Made by a program: the position numbers and the translations under genes
Shown: piece after piece, positions 60,313 to 64,000 of the stretch
Numbering within the stretch: the stretch's first letter is position 1
Layout of the letters: each line of letters opens with the position of its first letter
NCBI GenBank assembly: GCA_963677435.1
Contig: OY781945.1
Location: 2,176,001-2,240,000 of the forward strand
Reading direction: 5' to 3'
From: an uncultured Aliarcobacter sp.
GTDB lineage: Bacteria > Campylobacterota > Campylobacteria > Campylobacterales > Arcobacteraceae
Length of the DNA stretch: 64,000 bases
The notes under the pieces: generated by a model
What the model was told of the DNA's origin: nothing
What the model saw: the letters and a program-made list of their open reading frames with translations, nothing else
Database searches by the model: none

Positions 60313-61680
60313 TTATCCATTAAATTTTTCAATCTCTTTTACACTCTCAACTGCGGCTGGAAGTATTGCTTCACTCATAGCTGGATGAATATATAACATC
60401 TCTTTTAAATGTCTTATGTCATTATTTATGTGCATAACAGCTAATACTTGATGCATCATTGTTGAACTTTCTGGTCCAATCATATGGCAACCTAAAATTT
60501 CATAGTTTTTTGGATTAACTATAAACTTTGTAACTGGATATTTCAGTCTTGTGGACATTGCTTTTGCACTTGCTAACCAATTTGTTGTTGTAGCTACATA
60601 TTGGATATTTAATTTTTTTGCTTCTTGTTCAGTAAGTCCTACACTTGCAATTTCTGGATCTGTAAAAACTGCATGGGGCATATATTTGAAATTTAAAGGT
60701 TCTTTACACTCTTCAAGTAAAATCTTACTTAAGTGATTTACTTCATATGCAGCTGCATGTTGAAGCATATAAACTCCTGCTGCATCGCCAACTACATAAA
60801 CACCTTTTGCTGTTGTTTCAAAGAAAATATCTCTTTTTATATAGCCTCTTTCGTTTATCTCAATAGAAGTATTTTCTAGTTTTAAACTTGAAGTATTTGA
60901 TTCTCTTCCAATTGCATAAAGTAAAGCTTCACTTTTATGTTGTTTTTTTTGACCATTTGTATTTTCTAAAATCATAGAAAATTGCTCATCTTGGTACTCA
61001 ACATCAATTGCGCTTGTATCAAACTCAATATCTACTTTTTGGCTAAATTCTTTTTTAAAGATTGAAGCTATTTCTTCATCTTCATTTCCTAAGATATTTT
61101 GACTTCGTACAAGTAATTTTGTTTCTATTCCAATAGCTGAGAAAAAGCCTGCTAATTCACAAGCTATAAATCCAGACCCCACAATTGTAATTGATTTTGG
61201 AATTTTACCTTCTAAAGGAAAAATATCATCACTTGTCCAAGCCTTTTCATGTTCAGGCATTTTAGGTTTTGTTCCTGTGGCTATTACAATCTTAGGCGCT
61301 GTTAATTTTTGTCCATCTACTTCTACTTCATTATCTGAAATAAAAAAACCTGTACCTTTGAAAACTTCTACATTTTCATTAAATCTACTATTATATCTTC
61401 CATCTATTTTTGAAATATAATTATTTGTTTTAGAGAAGATTTTTTCTATATCAATATTATTTATTGTTGAGTTTATAAAGTGTCTATTTGATTCTTTAAT
61501 AGCATTTGCCACATGTGCATAACCAATTAGAAGTTTTGAAGGAACACAACCTCTATTTGGGCAAGTTCCACCTAAAGTAGATTTTTCAATTACTGCAACT
61601 TTTTTTCCAGCTTTTCCAGCACTAACAGCTAAATTACTAGCTCTTCCTGCTCCTATTATTATTAAATCAAACTTTTTCAT
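60313..61680 (-). CDS. Pyridine nucleotide-disulfide oxidoreductase (dihydrolipoamide dehydrogenase / mycothione reductase-like)
   Basis: GGTCPNRGCVPSK, VGSGFIACE, HPAMSE. Confidence 0.9.
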   Translation of the reverse strand: MKKFDLIIIGAGRASNLAVSAGKAGKKVAVIEKSTLGGTCPNRGCVPSKLLIGYAHVANAIKESNRHFINSTINNIDIEKIFSKTNNYISKIDGRYNSRFNENVEVFKGTGFFISDNEVEVDGQKLTAPKIVIATGTKPKMPEHEKAWTSDDIFPLEGKIPKSITIVGSGFIACELAGFFSAIGIETKLLVRSQNILGNEDEEIASIFKKEFSQKVDIEFDTSAIDVEYQDEQFSMILENTNGQKKQHKSEALLYAIGRESNTSSLKLENTSIEINERGYIKRDIFFETTAKGVYVVGDAAGVYMLQHAAAYEVNHLSKILLEECKEPLNFKYMPHAVFTDPEIASVGLTEQEAKKLNIQYVATTTNWLASAKAMSTRLKYPVTKFIVNPKNYEILGCHMIGPESSTMMHQVLAVMHINNDIRHLKEMLYIHPAMSEAILPAAVESVKEIEKFNG

Positions 61681-62108
61681 TTTATAGCCTTTTTTATTAA
61701 TACATAATTTTTAAGATAGTTTATAATTTCTATCAAAAACAAAGCAATCAAACCCATAACCCAATAAAAAAACCATTGGGAAATCATCCCAATAAATCCA
61801 TCTTCTTGAATATAATCAATAACTTCAAAAACAAGAAAAATCACAATAGAAGTACGAAAAGACAAATTGGCATTTTTATTAAAATCTATCAACTCATAAT
61901 CTTTTAATTTAAATCGAAAATATAAATAAATCAATCCCATGGGAATTAAACTCAAAAGATAAAGATAATCATCTTTTATTATTTCAATAGTTTTATTTTC
62001 TCCCAATAAAAAAATATAAATAACTATGATAGATATTAAAGATAGTGTAAAAAGACCAAGTTGTTTTATCAAGATATTTCCTTTTGTTTTATTGATTTTA
62101 GCAAACAA
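61677..62108 (-). CDS. Hypothetical membrane protein
   Basis: Four hydrophobic segments; stop overlaps the next start. Confidence 0.65.
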   Translation of the reverse strand: MFAKINKTKGNILIKQLGLFTLSLISIIVIYIFLLGENKTIEIIKDDYLYLLSLIPMGLIYLYFRFKLKDYELIDFNKNANLSFRTSIVIFLVFEVIDYIQEDGFIGMISQWFFYWVMGLIALFLIEIINYLKNYVLIKKAIK

Positions 62109-62255
62109 TACATTAAGAATTTAACAAAGATTTTTTTTAAGCTATCACTAAAATAAATAAAGTAGAATTTACACCATGTAATCACGCTTAACTCATATTA
62201 AGTATTTGCATTATTAGTTTAAACTTTTCAAATCAATTATAAAAAGGAAAATATC

Positions 62256-62570
62256 ATGATAAATGTAAGTGTAATGTATCCAAACTCAGCAGATGTGACA
62301 TTTGATAAAGAGTACTATTGTAATAAACACATCCCATTAATTTCGCAATTATTAGGCGATGCACTAAAAGATATTCAAGTAAGTTTTGGTTTAGTTGGAG
62401 CCTCTATTGAAGAAGCTCCTGCTTTTGTTGCCATGGTTTTTATGACTTTTGATTCAATTGAAGCTTTTCAAACAGCCTTTGGACCACATGCTCAAAGATT
62501 AGTTGATGATATTCCAAACTATACAAATGCTCAAGCTCAAATTCAAATTAGTGAAATAGTAAGTAAATAG
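62256..62570 (+). CDS. EthD family dimeric alpha/beta-barrel protein
   Basis: VSVMYP...FD.EYY...H.PL, F...H......DIPNYT. Confidence 0.88.
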   Translation: MINVSVMYPNSADVTFDKEYYCNKHIPLISQLLGDALKDIQVSFGLVGASIEEAPAFVAMVFMTFDSIEAFQTAFGPHAQRLVDDIPNYTNAQAQIQISEIVSK

Positions 62571-62676
62571 CCCTAAAAATATTATCCCAAGATGCTAAAT
62601 TTATTAGTAATTGGGATAATGCAACTCAATAAATCACTCTACTTTAATCAATCTGTTTTAAAATATATTTTATTTT

Positions 62677-62741
62677 TGCAACTAAGTCGCATTTAAGATT
62701 ATCCGATGTATTATTCCCAAAATAAATGCAACTCAGTTGCA
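62677..62741. promoter_or_regulatory. Two 7-1-7 palindromes (Zur/Fur-family boxes) upstream of znuA
   Basis: TGCAACT-A-AGTCGCA (62677-62691) and TGCAACT-C-AGTTGCA (62727-62741, abutting the RBS). Confidence 0.7.
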
Positions 62742-62753
62742 AAAAGGAATAAA

Positions 62754-63623
62754 ATGTTAAAAAAAATTTTAGGCTTGAGTATCTTAGCATCAACAATGTT
62801 ATTTGCAAAAATCACAGTTACTACAACAATATATCCATTATATAGTGTAGTAAAAGAAGTTGGAGGACAAAATATTACTCTTAATAATCTAATTCCATTT
62901 GGAACAGAACCACATGAGTTTGAACCAAATCCAAAAGATATGGCTATTTTATCAAAAAGTGATATTTTTATTACAAGTGGTGAAGTTATGGAGCCTTGGA
63001 GTGTAAAAATAATCAAATCAATGGATATTGAAAATAAAACATATGACATGAGTAAACATGTAAAACTAGCAACCCACAAAGAGTTCGATGATGGTAAAAC
63101 TTATGACCCACACTATTGGCTTAGTTTTGATAACTATATTAAAATGATAAAAAATGTTGAAACACTTTTGATTAAAAAAGACCTTGCAAATAAAGAAGTT
63201 TATGAAAAAAATGCCTCAATTTATCTTGAAAAAATCACAACTTTACAAAAAGAATATCAAGTATTAAAAACTTGTAAAAACAAAAAAGTTGTTGTAAATC
63301 ACGATGCTTTTGGATATTTAGCAGATGATTATGGAATAACTCAATATTCAATTTCTGGAATGTCACCTGATGAAAAACCATCTGCAAAACAAATTGCTGA
63401 CCTTATAAAAATAGTTAAAACTGAAAATATAAACACAGTATTTTTTGAAGAATTTGCAAGTGATAAAACAGCTAAAACAATTGCCCAAGAAGCAAATGTA
63501 AAAACTGATGCATTAAGACCAGTTGAAAATATAACACAAGAAGAAAATACAAAAAACATAGGTTTCATTGATATTATGACAACAAATTTAATCAAATTAA
63601 AAAGTGCAATGAATTGTCAATAA
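62754..63623 (+). CDS. znuA: Zn/Mn ABC transporter substrate-binding protein
   Basis: EPHEFEP, DPHYWL, HDAFGY; AAGGA RBS before ATG 62754. Confidence 0.88.
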   Translation: MLKKILGLSILASTMLFAKITVTTTIYPLYSVVKEVGGQNITLNNLIPFGTEPHEFEPNPKDMAILSKSDIFITSGEVMEPWSVKIIKSMDIENKTYDMSKHVKLATHKEFDDGKTYDPHYWLSFDNYIKMIKNVETLLIKKDLANKEVYEKNASIYLEKITTLQKEYQVLKTCKNKKVVVNHDAFGYLADDYGITQYSISGMSPDEKPSAKQIADLIKIVKTENINTVFFEEFASDKTAKTIAQEANVKTDALRPVENITQEENTKNIGFIDIMTTNLIKLKSAMNCQ

Positions 63624-64000
63624 AATTCTCTGATATTATAATTGATGTTAAAAATCTAACATATAAAGATATTTTACAAAATATATCATTTGAAATATCA
63701 AGAGGTGAATATGCTGCCATCATTGGTCCAAATGGTGGTGGCAAAAGCACTTTAATGAAGATATTATTAGGATTGATTCAACCCTCAAATGCACATATAA
63801 AACTATTTAATTATGAACAATCACTATTTAAACAATATCATAAGATTGCCTATGTACCTCAGCGAGCTACTTTAATAGATAATAACTTCCCGATAACTGT
63901 TCAAGAAGTGATTAATTTAGGATTAGCCCATAAAAGTTCTTTATTTTCAAAGATTTCAAAAGAAGAGAGTTTACATATTCAAAATATTATGGAAAAAATT
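63614..64000 (+). CDS. znuC: Zn/Mn ABC transporter ATPase (partial; runs off the right edge)
   Basis: Hand translation from TTG 63614: IIGPNGGGKSTLMKILLGL...IAYVPQR...FPITVQEV. Confidence 0.85.
   Translation, partial: MSIKFSDIIIDVKNLTYKDILQNISFEISRGEYAAIIGPNGGGKSTLMKILLGLIQPSNAHIKLFNYEQSLFKQYHKIAYVPQRATLIDNNFPITVQEVINLGLAHKSSLFSKISKEESLHIQNIMEKI

Noticed and set aside
2784..63595. Numerous 60-120 aa ORFs antisense to or overlapping real genes in the ORF track (e.g. 2784-3095, 3346-3654, 41812-42069, 62711-63079)
   Set aside because: Shadow ORFs of well-supported genes, with Leu/Phe/Ser-biased composition and no RBS or motifs.
1..64000. CRISPR arrays, tRNA/rRNA genes, integrases, prophage genes
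   Set aside because: No regularly spaced repeats, no structured GC-rich RNA-like segments and no such protein motifs were seen.

Overview
Very AT-rich chromosomal window from a Campylobacterota bacterium, most likely Arcobacteraceae (inferred from gene content and protein style). The backbone is a dispersed [NiFe]-hydrogenase/nickel supercluster: hypBCD, a His-rich NifX-like protein, a Cbi/Nik ECF Ni/Co importer, hypF, hydABCDE (Tat-exported, membrane-bound group 1 enzyme), a cytoplasmic group 2-type hydrogenase pair and a TetR regulator. It is interrupted by defence cargo (mcrC-mcrB, and an R-M/S restriction-modification operon carrying a DGQHR-deoxyribosyltransferase fusion and yhcG) and by about 26 kb of housekeeping and accessory genes. 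The window ends in a znuA-znuC zinc uptake operon. Three main observations: (1) An intact but apparently catalytically dead IS1595/IS1016-type transposase homologue has a 25-bp semi-palindromic site in its own promoter, and the site recurs upstream of hypB, the Ni importer and hydA, suggesting a domesticated transposase regulating a hydrogenase/nickel regulon. (2) The DGQHR-NDT fusion is translationally coupled to an RM specificity subunit and is a candidate RM-guard abortive-infection effector. (3) The TetR gene appears to use an ATT start codon, and candidate TGAAT-N4-ATTCA operators lie upstream of hypB and hydA. All family assignments come from motif recognition by eye; no database searches were run.
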